A DNA stretch of 64,000 nucleotides from an uncultured Elusimicrobia bacterium (GTDB lineage Bacteria > Elusimicrobiota > Elusimicrobia > 2-01-FULL-59-12): NCBI GenBank assembly GCA_963702895.1, contig OY969767.1:864001-928000 (forward strand). Reading direction: 5' to 3'. The notes beneath the pieces were generated by a model. It was not told the origin of the DNA. It was given only the letters and a program-made list of their open reading frames with translations, and searched no databases. Below, piece by piece: positions 1 to 9,752 of the stretch; positions within the stretch are counted from its first letter, which is position 1, and each line of letters opens with the position of its first letter. The position numbers and the translations under genes were made by a program.

Positions 1-398
1 AGGGCATGGTGGATGTTGTGGTTTGTGACGGCTTTGTCGGCAACGTGGCCCTGAAACTGGCGGAAGGGCTCGCGGAGTCACTGGTGGCCATCATCCGTCG
101 TGAGACGAAGATTCGTCCCATCGCGATGTTGGGGGGGCTGCTCATGAAGGGGGCTTTTAAGGCGGTCAAGAAAACCACCGACTATGCGGAATACGGCGGC
201 GCTCCGCTCTTGGGTGTCAACGGCGTCTGCATCATCTGCCACGGCAAGTCGAATAAAAAAGCCATCTACAACGCGATACGCGTGGCCGGCCAATTTGTGC
301 AATCGAACGTCAACCAGCTCATCCAGGATGAACTGCTCAAGCATCACGCGGATGGCGCCCTCTCCGATGAGCGGCCCAAAGTCCACCTCACGGTCTAG
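1..398 (+). CDS. plsX: Phosphate acyltransferase PlsX, C-terminal part (5' truncated by the window)
   Basis: DVVVCDGFVGNVALK and YGGAPLLGVNGVCIICHGKS motifs; directly upstream of fabH. Confidence 0.93.
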   Translation, partial: GMVDVVVCDGFVGNVALKLAEGLAESLVAIIRRETKIRPIAMLGGLLMKGAFKAVKKTTDYAEYGGAPLLGVNGVCIICHGKSNKKAIYNAIRVAGQFVQSNVNQLIQDELLKHHADGALSDERPKVHLTV

Positions 399-401
399 TC
401 C

Positions 402-1370
402 ATGCCCACGCTTCAAGCGGTCCACGTCATCGGTACAGGAGCCTATCTTCCGGCGAAGGTGTTGACGAACCACGATCTTGAAAAGATGGTGGACACCTCG
501 GATGAATGGATCACCACACGCACCGGGATCAAGGAAAGACATATCGCGTCGAAAGATGAAGCCGCCTCGGATATGGCGATCCAGGCCGCGAAACGCGCTC
601 TGGATGACGCCGGCATCAAGGCGGAGGCGCTGGAACTCATCATCGTGGCGACCGCCACCCCGGACATGTTCTTTCCATCGACCGCTTGTTTTGTCCAACG
701 AGCACTGGGCCTGCGTGAGGCGGTGAGTTTTGATCTTTCAGCCGCGTGCAGTGGTTTTCTCTACGCGCTGGAAGCAGCCAGGGGAATGATGGCGGTGAGG
801 GCCTATAAGACGGCGCTTGTGATTGGGACAGAGAAGCTTTCTTGCATTACGGATTGGAAAGACCGCAACACGTGCGTTCTCTTTGGCGACGGCGCGGGAG
901 CTGCCGTGCTGCAGAAGAGCGCTTCTCCCGGTGGGATCCTGTCCACCTATCTGAGGTCCGACGCGACGCACACGGACATCCTGAATGTGCCGGGCGGGGG
1001 GTCTCGCCAACCCGGGAAGACCCCTTCGATCTATATGGAGGGGAGAGAAGTGTTTAAACTTGCTGTGCATAAAATGGTTTCCGCGGCGGAGAGTGCCTTG
1101 AAGCTAGCGGGGAAGAAAGATACGGATCTGGCTCTTCTCATCCCACACCAGGCGAACCTTCGTATCATCGAGGCCATCGCTCAACGCGTGAACGTTCCAC
1201 GTGATCGCGTGTTTGTGAACGTTGAGAAATATGGCAATATGTCGGCCGCGACCACGATCGTGGCGCTCGATGAGGCCCGTCGACAGGGCCGGATACGCAA
1301 AGGGGACCTCGTGGAACTGATCGCCTTTGGAGCGGGGCTGACGTGGGGAGCTTCCGTCATTCAGTTTTAG
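402..1370 (+). CDS. fabH: 3-oxoacyl-ACP synthase III
   Basis: DTSDEWITTRTGI, AACSGF (catalytic Cys), PHQAN, GNMSAA. Confidence 0.96.
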   Translation: MPTLQAVHVIGTGAYLPAKVLTNHDLEKMVDTSDEWITTRTGIKERHIASKDEAASDMAIQAAKRALDDAGIKAEALELIIVATATPDMFFPSTACFVQRALGLREAVSFDLSAACSGFLYALEAARGMMAVRAYKTALVIGTEKLSCITDWKDRNTCVLFGDGAGAAVLQKSASPGGILSTYLRSDATHTDILNVPGGGSRQPGKTPSIYMEGREVFKLAVHKMVSAAESALKLAGKKDTDLALLIPHQANLRIIEAIAQRVNVPRDRVFVNVEKYGNMSAATTIVALDEARRQGRIRKGDLVELIAFGAGLTWGASVIQF

Positions 1371-1373
1371 CCT

Positions 1374-2330
1374 ATGAGCAAAATCGCCTTTATCTTTCCG
1401 GGTCAGGGATCCCAGTCCGTGGGCATGGGCGTCGCTCTGGCGGGCACCTTTCGCGAAGCTCATCAGGTCTATGAACAGGCCAGCCATATCCTGGGGTGGG
1501 ATCTTCTGGAGGCTTGCAAGAATGGCCCGGAAGATCGGTTAAGGCAGACCGATGTGGCCCAGCCGGCGCTCTATACCTCTGGTTACGCGGCCTTTGCGGT
1601 CCTGCGGTCCATGGGGATCGTCCCCGATGCGGTGGCCGGTCACAGCATCGGGGAGTACGCGGCCCTGGCTGCCGCCGAGGTTTTTGGATTTACCGAGGGA
1701 CTCGATCTCGTTCGAGAGCGTGGCAAGCTGATGGCCGCCGCAGGGTCTGAGCGTCCGGGCGGCATGGCGGCTGTCCTGGGACTTGGTCGTGAGACCTTGG
1801 TCCGGCTTTGCGCCTCGGTTTCCTCCGCCGACCGTCTCTGCGTGCCGGTGAACTATAACAGCCCGGAGCAGATCGTCGTGGCGGGGGACAAGGGCGCCGT
1901 AGAGGCGCTGATCGCAGCGGCTTCCGAGGCCGGGGCCAAGCGCGTTATGGCGCTCAACGTTTCCGGCGCCTTCCACTCGCCGCTCATGGCGGAAGCTGCC
2001 GCACGCATGAGGGCGTTCTTGAGCCGCCTCAGTTTCCGTGACGCCGTTTGCCCTGTGGCCATGAACATCGATGGCCAATGCCGGCAGAAGGGCCCCGCGC
2101 TTCAGTCGGCTTTGGCCCAACAGCTCGATCATTCTGTAGAATGGGTCGAGACTATCGAGCAGCTCAAAGTCATCGGTTGCTCCCACTTTGTGGAATGTGG
2201 ACCCGGAAGGGTTCTCTCGGGGCTCCTGCGCAGGATTGACAAGCAGCTCGATCCCCACTCGACTGAGATGCTCGAGACGCTCGAAGAAGTTCGTCGCACT
2301 TTAGCGACCATACAAAGGGGGACCTCATGA
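1374..2330 (+). CDS. fabD: Malonyl-CoA:ACP transacylase
   Basis: FPGQGSQ, GHSIGEY, SGAFHS. Confidence 0.96.
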   Translation: MSKIAFIFPGQGSQSVGMGVALAGTFREAHQVYEQASHILGWDLLEACKNGPEDRLRQTDVAQPALYTSGYAAFAVLRSMGIVPDAVAGHSIGEYAALAAAEVFGFTEGLDLVRERGKLMAAAGSERPGGMAAVLGLGRETLVRLCASVSSADRLCVPVNYNSPEQIVVAGDKGAVEALIAAASEAGAKRVMALNVSGAFHSPLMAEAAARMRAFLSRLSFRDAVCPVAMNIDGQCRQKGPALQSALAQQLDHSVEWVETIEQLKVIGCSHFVECGPGRVLSGLLRRIDKQLDPHSTEMLETLEEVRRTLATIQRGTS

Positions 2331-3070
2331 GACTCCAAGACAAAGTCGCTGTCATTACGGGGGGCGCGCAGGGGATCGGCAAAGCGATCGCGGCGCTCTT
2401 TGCTTCCGAAGGGGCGAAACTCGTGCTTTCGGACATCGATGAGACCCTGGTCCAGGCCACGGCGGCGCAAATCGCGAAAGAACAAAATGTGGAAGCGATC
2501 GGTGTCAAAGGGAACGTTTCGCAGATCGCGGACTGCGAAAAGCTCGTCGAGGCCTCGCTTGACAAGTTTAGTCGAATTGATATACTCATCAACAACGCGG
2601 GTATTACACGCGATAATTTATTGATGCGAATGAGCGATGATGAGTGGGATGCCGTCATCGCTGTTAATTTAAAAGGGGTCTTTAACTGTACGAAGGCGGC
2701 GATACGTCCCATGATGAAGGCCAGGCAAGGCCGCATCGTCAACATCGCTTCCGTTGTAGGGCAGATGGGTAACGCGGGCCAGGCCAATTACTCCGCTTCC
2801 AAAGGCGGCGTGATCAGCCTAACCAAAACGTGCGCAAGAGAGTTCGCCTCGCGCCATATTCTAGTCAACGCCATCGCCCCTGGTTTTATTCGTACCCGAA
2901 TGACCGATGCCTTAAACGAGGAGCAGAAGAAGAAGTTGCTGGAGCTCATTCCTCTGGGGCGTCTCGGTGAGCCGGAAGATATCGCGAAGGTCGCTTTGTT
3001 TCTGTGTTCGGAGGAGTCTTCCTATATAACAGGGCACGTCGTGTCCGTAAACGGTGGGATGTACATCTAG
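2327..3070 (+). CDS. fabG: 3-oxoacyl-ACP reductase
   Basis: TGGAQGIG, NNAGITRD, YSASK; fab operon context. Confidence 0.96.
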   Translation: MRLQDKVAVITGGAQGIGKAIAALFASEGAKLVLSDIDETLVQATAAQIAKEQNVEAIGVKGNVSQIADCEKLVEASLDKFSRIDILINNAGITRDNLLMRMSDDEWDAVIAVNLKGVFNCTKAAIRPMMKARQGRIVNIASVVGQMGNAGQANYSASKGGVISLTKTCAREFASRHILVNAIAPGFIRTRMTDALNEEQKKKLLELIPLGRLGEPEDIAKVALFLCSEESSYITGHVVSVNGGMYI

Positions 3071-3085
3071 CTAAGGAGGGTTTGT

Positions 3086-3334
3086 ATGGCGCAAGTCCAA
3101 GATGTCGAAGCACGCGTGAAAGAAATTATTGTGGAGCAATTAGGCGTGGATGCCTCGGAAGTCACTCTCCAGGCGTCTTTCGTCAATGATCTTGGTGCAG
3201 ATTCTCTGGATACGGTCGAACTTGTGATGGCGCTTGAGGAAGAATTCGATATCGAAATCCCTGACGAAGAAGCCGAGAAGATCCAATCGGTTGGTCAGGC
3301 GGTTGACTATATCAAAGCCCACATGAAGAAGTAA
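3086..3334 (+). CDS. acpP: Acyl carrier protein
   Basis: [23 protein letters not shown] upstream. Confidence 0.97.
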   Translation: MAQVQDVEARVKEIIVEQLGVDASEVTLQASFVNDLGADSLDTVELVMALEEEFDIEIPDEEAEKIQSVGQAVDYIKAHMKK

Positions 3335-3398
3335 GCCGTCCAATCCTTTCCCATCGGATGCCTGGCGCCTGCCAGGCACTTCCGTTTATAAAATCGAA

Positions 3399-4640
3399 AT
3401 GAAACAGCGCGTTGTGATCACCGGCATGGGGGTTGTTACCCCTATTGGTATTGGCCTGGAAGTCTTTTGGGACTCGCTCCTGAAGGGTCGTAGCGGAGTG
3501 GGCAAGCTGACTTTCTTTGATACCACCGACTATACCAGCAAAATTGACGCCGAAGTCAAAAACTTCGAGCCCGAGAAGTATATTGATAAAAAGACGATCC
3601 GGCGGATGGACCGGTTCACCCAATTCGCGCTTGCGGCGGCCGACATGGCCGTTCGTGATGCCGGCCTGGATACCGGCACGGTCCCTCCCGAGCGCGTGGG
3701 GGTGATCGTCGGGTCGGGGATTGGCGGTCTTTCCACGATTGAAGAAGAGCACACGGTCTTGCGCGAGCGTGGCGCTCGACGCGTCAGCCCCTTTCTCATC
3801 CCTCGCCTCATTTCCAACATCGCCCCAGGCGAAATCGCGATTCGCTGGGGTTTTACAGGTCCCAATTATGCTGTTTCCAGCGCCTGCGCGACGTCCAACC
3901 ACGCGATCGGAGATTCCTTGCGCATGCTTCGTTACGGGGATGCCGATGTGATTGTGGCGGGCGGAACGGAAGCAGCGATCACGCCACTCGGTTTTGCGGG
4001 TTTTTGTTCCGCCCGGGCGCTTTCGACGCGCAACGATGATCCTGAGCACGCCTCACGCCCATTCGATAAAGACCGTGACGGGTTTATCATGGGAGAAGGC
4101 GCGGGCGTGGTGGTGCTGGAGACGCTCGAGCATGCCCAGAAAAGAGGAGCCAAAATATACGCGGAGCTCTCCGGCTATGGGGCAACCGATGACGCCTATC
4201 ACATCACCTCCCCCAACCCCGACGCCACGGCTGCCGTGGAGGCCATGCGCAGGGCACTGAAGGATGCCGAGCTTTCTCCCCACCAGATCCAGTATGTGAA
4301 CGCGCACGGGACCTCCACCTTGTTGAACGATAAAACCGAAACCAAGGCGATCAAGGCGGTTTTCGGAGAGCACGCCCGAAAGCTCGCCATCTCCTCGACC
4401 AAGTCCATGACGGGGCATCTCCTGGGCGCGGCGGGCGTGGTCGAGCTGGTGGCCACCGTCCTTTGCATGCGTCATAAGATGGTCCATCCTACGATCAACT
4501 ACGTGACGCCGGACCCGGAATGTGATCTGGACTATGTTCCGAACACAGCTCGTCCCATGGAGATCAACGCCGCGCTGTCCAATTCCTTAGGTTTTGGCGG
4601 TCACAACGCGGTTTTGGTGGTCAAGAAGTATGTCGCGTAG
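3399..4640 (+). CDS. fabF: 3-oxoacyl-ACP synthase II
   Basis: SACATS, NAHGTST, KSMTGHLLGAAG, GFGGHN. Confidence 0.96.
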   Translation: MKQRVVITGMGVVTPIGIGLEVFWDSLLKGRSGVGKLTFFDTTDYTSKIDAEVKNFEPEKYIDKKTIRRMDRFTQFALAAADMAVRDAGLDTGTVPPERVGVIVGSGIGGLSTIEEEHTVLRERGARRVSPFLIPRLISNIAPGEIAIRWGFTGPNYAVSSACATSNHAIGDSLRMLRYGDADVIVAGGTEAAITPLGFAGFCSARALSTRNDDPEHASRPFDKDRDGFIMGEGAGVVVLETLEHAQKRGAKIYAELSGYGATDDAYHITSPNPDATAAVEAMRRALKDAELSPHQIQYVNAHGTSTLLNDKTETKAIKAVFGEHARKLAISSTKSMTGHLLGAAGVVELVATVLCMRHKMVHPTINYVTPDPECDLDYVPNTARPMEINAALSNSLGFGGHNAVLVVKKYVA

Positions 4641-5316
4641 CGCCGCTAAAACGGACAAGCTTGAAAAGATTTTAGGCGTCAAGTTCAAGAGCTCGGCTCT
4701 TTTCGAGGAAGCGCTCACGCACAAGTCCTTCGCGATGGAGCAGGGGGGGACGGTTCCCTTCAATGAGCGGCTCGAGTTTTTGGGTGACAGCGTCCTTTCA
4801 GCCGTCGTCGCCCACTATTTGTTCGCGAAGTTCCCTGATGTGGATGAAGGGCGACTGTCTCAGCTGAAATCGATGCTCGTCTCGCGGCCGAGCCTGACGG
4901 CGTGGGGCAAGCAGATCAAGCTCGGGGCTTATCTGCGCTTAAGCGAAGGGGAGGTCTCGACGGGCGGCCGCGAGCGTGACTCGATCGTGGGCAACGCCAT
5001 GGAAGCGGTCCTCGGCGCCATGTATCTTGAGGCTGGCTTTGAGAAGACGCGCGCGTTTATTGACACGCTGCTTAGCAAGCGCAAGCGTTTGGTCACAAGC
5101 GATTACAAGAGTCGATTGCAGGAATGGGCGCAGAAAAAGTATAAAGTCCCACCCAGCTACACCGTCAGCCGCAGTTTTGGACCTGACCACGCGAAGACCT
5201 TTGAGATGTCGGTATCACTTGGGAGTGACGTCCTCGGCGAGGGATCGGGAAAAAGCAAGAAAGAGGCAGAGCAAGCCGCTGCCAGAAACGCTCTCAAGCG
5301 TATTAAAGACGACTAG
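4630..5316 (+). CDS. rnc: Ribonuclease III
   Basis: NERLEFLGDSVL signature plus dsRBD (DYKSRLQE...GKSKKEAEQAAA); ATG at 4630 overlaps the fabF end. Confidence 0.95.
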   Translation: MSRSAAKTDKLEKILGVKFKSSALFEEALTHKSFAMEQGGTVPFNERLEFLGDSVLSAVVAHYLFAKFPDVDEGRLSQLKSMLVSRPSLTAWGKQIKLGAYLRLSEGEVSTGGRERDSIVGNAMEAVLGAMYLEAGFEKTRAFIDTLLSKRKRLVTSDYKSRLQEWAQKKYKVPPSYTVSRSFGPDHAKTFEMSVSLGSDVLGEGSGKSKKEAEQAAARNALKRIKDD

Positions 5317-5318
5317 AG

Positions 5319-5374
5319 GTCATGCCGGCGCAAGCCGGCATCCAGGACTGGACCCCGGCTTTCGCCGGGGTGAC
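5319..5374. repeat. REP-like double-hairpin palindrome (GTCATGCCGGCGCAAGCCGGCATCCAG-GA-CTGGACCCCGGCTTTCGCCGGGGTGAC)
   Basis: Two internal hairpins inside an outer inverted repeat; same core as the elements at 8654, 14142 and 27955. Confidence 0.8.
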
Positions 5375-5390
5375 ACCAAGCGAGGATTCT

Positions 5391-6563
5391 ATGGATTACG
5401 AACTGACCGAAGAACAGCAGGCGATTGTCGAGACGGCACGCGAGATCGCTCAGAAGAAAATCAAAAAGGTCCGTGAGCATTACGACAAGACGGAAGAATA
5501 TCCGTGGGAAATCGTCGAAGAGCTCCGCAAGGCCGACCTTTGTGGCGTCTACATCCCCCAGGAGTATGGAGGATTGGGCGGCGGTGTGATGGAGCTGGTG
5601 CTGGTCGTCGAAGAGCTCTCCAAGGCCTGCGGCGGGATTGCGCTCTGTGTCGCCGCCACAGCGCTCGGCGCCTATCCCATCCTTCTCTACGGCAGTGAAG
5701 AGCAGAAGAAAAAATATCTTCCCGACATCGCCTCGGGCAAGAAATTAGCCGCTTTTACCATTACCGAGCCGGAAGCGGGCTCGGATGCGACGGCGGCCAA
5801 ATCCACGGCGAAGCTTGAAGGCAACCACTATGTGCTGAACGGCACCAAATCCTACTGCTCAAACGGCAAAGCGGCCGAGATCTATTCCCTCTTTTTTACA
5901 ACCAACCCGGCCCGTGGGGCCCGCGGCGTGTCCTGCTTTGTCGTTGAGAAAGGGACGCCAGGGTTCGAGTTCGGCCGCAAAGAAGAAAAGATGGGCATTC
6001 GCGCCAATTGGACGTATCAGCTCGAATTCAACAACTGCAAGATCCCGAAGGAAAACCTCCTGGGCGGCGAAGGAAGGGGCTTGCTCGTCGCACAAACCAC
6101 GTTTGATATCTCCCGGCCGGGTGTCGCCGCCCAGGCGCTGGGGATCGCGCAAGGGGCCATGGATGAGGCCTTTGCCTATGCGCGTGTTCGGCGGCAGTTC
6201 GGCCAGCCGGTGATCAGCTTCCAGGCCATGCAGCATAAGCTCGCCAATATGGCCATGGAAATTGAGGCCGCTCGTGCGCTCCTCTACTGCGTGACGCGGG
6301 CCCTCGCGAAAGGCGGGGACAAACGATTCACCAAAGAATCGGCGATGGTCAAATGTTTCTGCTCGGACGTGGCCATGCGTGTCACCACCGAAGCGGTCCA
6401 GATGTGCGGCGGCATCGGGTACATGCATGATTTCCCGGTCGAAAAATATATGCGAGATGCCAAGATTACTCAGATTTACGAAGGCACGAACGAAATCCAG
6501 CGCAATGAGATCGCCATGCACATGATCAAGGAAGCCGCGCGCGAAGGACTGGGGAAAAAATAA
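5391..6563 (+). CDS. Acyl-CoA (butyryl-CoA-type) dehydrogenase
   Basis: FTITEPEAGSDA, RRQFGQP, GGIGY, QIYEGTNEIQR; GAGGA SD before ATG 5391. Confidence 0.92.
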   Translation: MDYELTEEQQAIVETAREIAQKKIKKVREHYDKTEEYPWEIVEELRKADLCGVYIPQEYGGLGGGVMELVLVVEELSKACGGIALCVAATALGAYPILLYGSEEQKKKYLPDIASGKKLAAFTITEPEAGSDATAAKSTAKLEGNHYVLNGTKSYCSNGKAAEIYSLFFTTNPARGARGVSCFVVEKGTPGFEFGRKEEKMGIRANWTYQLEFNNCKIPKENLLGGEGRGLLVAQTTFDISRPGVAAQALGIAQGAMDEAFAYARVRRQFGQPVISFQAMQHKLANMAMEIEAARALLYCVTRALAKGGDKRFTKESAMVKCFCSDVAMRVTTEAVQMCGGIGYMHDFPVEKYMRDAKITQIYEGTNEIQRNEIAMHMIKEAAREGLGKK

Positions 6564-7366
6564 TGCACATTGTTGTCTGCATCAAGCAAACCCCGGCCAC
6601 CTCCAACATTCAAATTGATTCGAAAACAGGGACACTCAAGCGCGAAGGGATGGCCGCCGCGATCAATCCCTTTGATGAATATGGGATTGAAGAGGCCGTC
6701 CGCATTAAGGAAAAACTACCCGGGTCCACCGTTTCGGTGGTCACCATGGGGCCCCCCCAGGCCGATGAGGCATTACGTGACGCCATCGCGCGGGGCTGTG
6801 ACGACGCCTATCATGTGACCGACCGGGCGTTTGCCGGGGCCGACACCTGGGCCACCTCCTACACGCTGCAAATGGCCATTCGGAAGATCGGCAACATCAA
6901 GAAACCCGTCGATTTGATCCTCTGCGGAAAACAAACCAATGACGGAGACACCGGCCACGTGGGGCCGGGCATTGCGGCCTGGCTGGACATCCCTAATTGC
7001 GCCTACGTCTGTAAGGTCGAAGAAGTCCAAGAGGGGTCCCTGACGGTACGGCGCATGATGGAAGACGGCTATGATGTCTTGGAGCTGCCCACGCCATGCC
7101 TGATCTCCGTGGTCAAGGAAATTAACGAGCCGCGTCTGGCGTCACTCAAAGGGAAGCTCGCGGCGAAAAAAGCCGTGATCCCGAAATGGGACGCGGCCGC
7201 CATCGAAGCCGACCCGGCGAAGATCGGCCTTTCCGGTTCGCCGACCATCGTGGCCAAGAGCTTTAATCCTCCCCCGCGCAAAGGCGGCGAGCGCGTGGAT
7301 GGCGCGACCCCTGAAGAAAAAGCCAAGAAGCTGGTCGTGCGCCTGCGCGAACTCAAGGTGATTTAA
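6563..7366 (+). CDS. etfB: Electron transfer flavoprotein beta subunit
   Basis: VVCIKQ, FAGADTWATS, GKQTNDGDTGHVGP, INEPR. Confidence 0.94.
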   Translation: MHIVVCIKQTPATSNIQIDSKTGTLKREGMAAAINPFDEYGIEEAVRIKEKLPGSTVSVVTMGPPQADEALRDAIARGCDDAYHVTDRAFAGADTWATSYTLQMAIRKIGNIKKPVDLILCGKQTNDGDTGHVGPGIAAWLDIPNCAYVCKVEEVQEGSLTVRRMMEDGYDVLELPTPCLISVVKEINEPRLASLKGKLAAKKAVIPKWDAAAIEADPAKIGLSGSPTIVAKSFNPPPRKGGERVDGATPEEKAKKLVVRLRELKVI

Positions 7367-7369
7367 CCC

Positions 7370-8653
7370 ATGCCCAATCGCATCTTCGTCAAAAACGATC
7401 GCTGTACCGGTTGCTCGGCCTGCGCCAAAGTTTGCCCGGTGACCTGTATTGATATGGTGGACCGTCCCGCGGAGGACAAAGCCAAGGGCGTGAAATGGCC
7501 GAAGCTCGCGGTGATCGATGAGGTGAAATGCATTTTCTGTGGCGCCTGCGTCGAAGTTTGCAACAAGCTCGGGGAAAAGGCCAACAAGCCGGACCTCTTC
7601 TACGCGATCGTCATGGAGAAAGAAACAGTGGTCTCCGCTGCTCCGGTGGCGGATCCCTCTCTCTACAAAGGCGTCTGGTGCTACGCCGAAGTGCGGCACG
7701 GAAAACTCGTCCCCACGATTTTTGAGCTCCTCACCGTCGCTTCGAAGCTCAACGCCGAGCTTAAAGAAGAAATCGCCGCTGTGTTAATCGGGTCCGGGGT
7801 CGAGCCGTACGCGCAGCAAATCATTGAACACGGCGCAGACAAAGTCTACGTGATTGATCACCCCCTCTTAGAGAACTTTGTGGATGAGGCCTATGGTTTC
7901 GCGCTGACCGACCTCATCAAGCAGGAAAAGCCCAATAAGCTGCTTCTTCCGGCTTCGACCATTGGCCGTTCTTTTGCCTCCCGTGTGGCGATCACCGCCA
8001 ATACCGGCATCACAGCGGATGCGACCGAATTTGACATTGATCCCAAAACGCGCATGATGCACGCGACGAGGCCCTCTTTTGGCGGCAATCTCATGGCGAC
8101 CATTCTTTGCGAAAAACACCGCCCGGAAATGGCGACGGTGCGCCCCATGTCGTTTGCGCGCGCGCCGCGCGTGGCGGGCCGCCAGGGCAAGATCGTGAAA
8201 GTGTCCGTCGACCCCACCCAATGGAAGATCAAGGCCAAGTTTAAGCAGTACGTCCCCGAGGAGTCGAAGCAAGTGGACATCACGTCCGCGGAACGTATTG
8301 TCGCGGGGGGCCTAGGGCTGGGGAAAGCGGATGGATTTAAGCTCATGGAAGAACTCGCCAGCACCCTGGGCGCGGCGGTGGGTGCGAGTCGAGCGGTTGT
8401 CGACAAAGGGTGGATTGCCTACCGGCATCAGGTGGGTCTGACCGGCAGGACCGTCCGACCGAAACTCTACATCGCCTGCGGCATTTCGGGGGCCATTCAG
8501 CATCTCGCGGGCATGGGCTCCTCCGAATTTATTGTGGCGATCAACAAAGACCCCCAGGCCCCCATCATGTCGGTCGCCAATCTTGCCATCGAAGGGGATG
8601 TGAACGAAGTCGTCCCCGCCCTCATTAAAGAACTCAAAGCCCTGAAAAGTTAG
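7370..8653 (+). CDS. etfA: Electron transfer flavoprotein alpha subunit with N-terminal 2x[4Fe-4S] ferredoxin domain
   Basis: CTGCSACAKVCP and CIFCGACVEVC; HQVGLTGRTVRPKLYIACGISGAIQH. Confidence 0.93.
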   Translation: MPNRIFVKNDRCTGCSACAKVCPVTCIDMVDRPAEDKAKGVKWPKLAVIDEVKCIFCGACVEVCNKLGEKANKPDLFYAIVMEKETVVSAAPVADPSLYKGVWCYAEVRHGKLVPTIFELLTVASKLNAELKEEIAAVLIGSGVEPYAQQIIEHGADKVYVIDHPLLENFVDEAYGFALTDLIKQEKPNKLLLPASTIGRSFASRVAITANTGITADATEFDIDPKTRMMHATRPSFGGNLMATILCEKHRPEMATVRPMSFARAPRVAGRQGKIVKVSVDPTQWKIKAKFKQYVPEESKQVDITSAERIVAGGLGLGKADGFKLMEELASTLGAAVGASRAVVDKGWIAYRHQVGLTGRTVRPKLYIACGISGAIQHLAGMGSSEFIVAINKDPQAPIMSVANLAIEGDVNEVVPALIKELKALKS

Positions 8654-8847
8654 CCGGAAATCTTCGGTTCATTTTGCCTCATCTTCTGAACTCGATGCAC
8701 TTTTTTGTGCCGTCACCCCGGCGAAAGCCGGCCCTCCAGACGTCCGGCGGGCCGGGTCGCCGGACTTGTGGAGACCCGGGGTCCAGTTCAACGACGATGG
8801 ACTGGATCCCGGTTTTCACCGGGATGACGATAACTGCAGATTCCCGG
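8654..8847 (-). mobile_element. MITE-like element copy A (TIRs, TTAG direct repeats, REP-like core with nested hairpins)
   Basis: TTAG at 8650-8653 and 8848-8851; ends CCGGAAATCT...AGATTCCCGG; related to copies B and C in the opposite orientation. Confidence 0.72.
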
Positions 8848-8868
8848 TTAGGAATTGGGGCCTTGGGC

Positions 8869-9630
8869 TCAGAATTTCCAGACGCTTTCTGGCAGGTTCT
8901 CCAGCTTGCTCTCCGATATGAAATCATCGACTTCGAAACGGTTGCCCGTCCAACGATAAGCGGCATACTCGCTCTCGTTTCCACCGGAGGATGTTTTGAA
9001 GAGAAGCATTTCTTTCGTCCCCTGAAGAGCATCAAAGCCCAATTGAAACACCCCTCGGTTCCTGGGGCTTGTCCAGACGCTCTTCGGTCGGTTGGAAAGA
9101 CCTTGGCGGGGGATCTCATAAAGGGTTGCAGATTGCTGTTTGCCGCGTGAGCCACCCGGCGAGGTGCCGAGAATCAGCAGGAAGGACCTCCCCATTTTCG
9201 GAAGCTCAACCAGATGGACTTCTTCTTCGGCGGCGTAGCCCGCGGTGAGGCTCAAGGCGCGCTGGAGCGTATCGTGTAAGAGATAGGTCACCCCGCTCAT
9301 GGGACTTCGTTCGGGCTGCTGATACTGCATGCAAGTGACGACCAGGAAGGGCGCGTGCCCGCCTGTGGTGCGTGTGTCGAAAGCGATGTCGTCTCCCAAG
9401 CGGACCCACATGGCGCCTCGCGAGAAAAAATAACGCCGGCCCGTTGGGTCTGTGCGCGCCTGAGACACGGGGCCGACATGCCCTGGAAATATCCGGTCCA
9501 AGATTTTCTGCTGTGTCTCGGGGTTTTGGAAGGAGTTCGCCCAGCTCTCGAGCGTATCGGCCATGGCCATCGCCGGCAAGCCAACCGCCAAAACGAGCCA
9601 AACCAGGACCCAGCGCTGCGGGGAAATCAT
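8869..9630 (-). CDS. Hypothetical secreted protein
   Basis: 253-aa ORF with a signal peptide (VLVWLVLAVGLPAMAMA); TAGAAT 6 nt upstream of the ATG. Confidence 0.7.
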   Translation of the reverse strand: MISPQRWVLVWLVLAVGLPAMAMADTLESWANSFQNPETQQKILDRIFPGHVGPVSQARTDPTGRRYFFSRGAMWVRLGDDIAFDTRTTGGHAPFLVVTCMQYQQPERSPMSGVTYLLHDTLQRALSLTAGYAAEEEVHLVELPKMGRSFLLILGTSPGGSRGKQQSATLYEIPRQGLSNRPKSVWTSPRNRGVFQLGFDALQGTKEMLLFKTSSGGNESEYAAYRWTGNRFEVDDFISESKLENLPESVWKF

Positions 9631-9752
9631 GGCGTCATTCTACAACAAGGACCCGGAGGTGTACTACCGCTTGTTGAAAGACTATGCACAACCCCCATCC
9701 GTAGTGTCAAAAATTTGCATTCTTTCGACTGAATTGCTAACCTTTTGCCGCT

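Noticed and set aside
5322..5390. N-terminal extensions in the ORF track (5322, 31666, 43831, 52848, 57739)
   Set aside because: They come from repeats or overlapping genes; downstream starts match family N-termini and SD or overlap signals.
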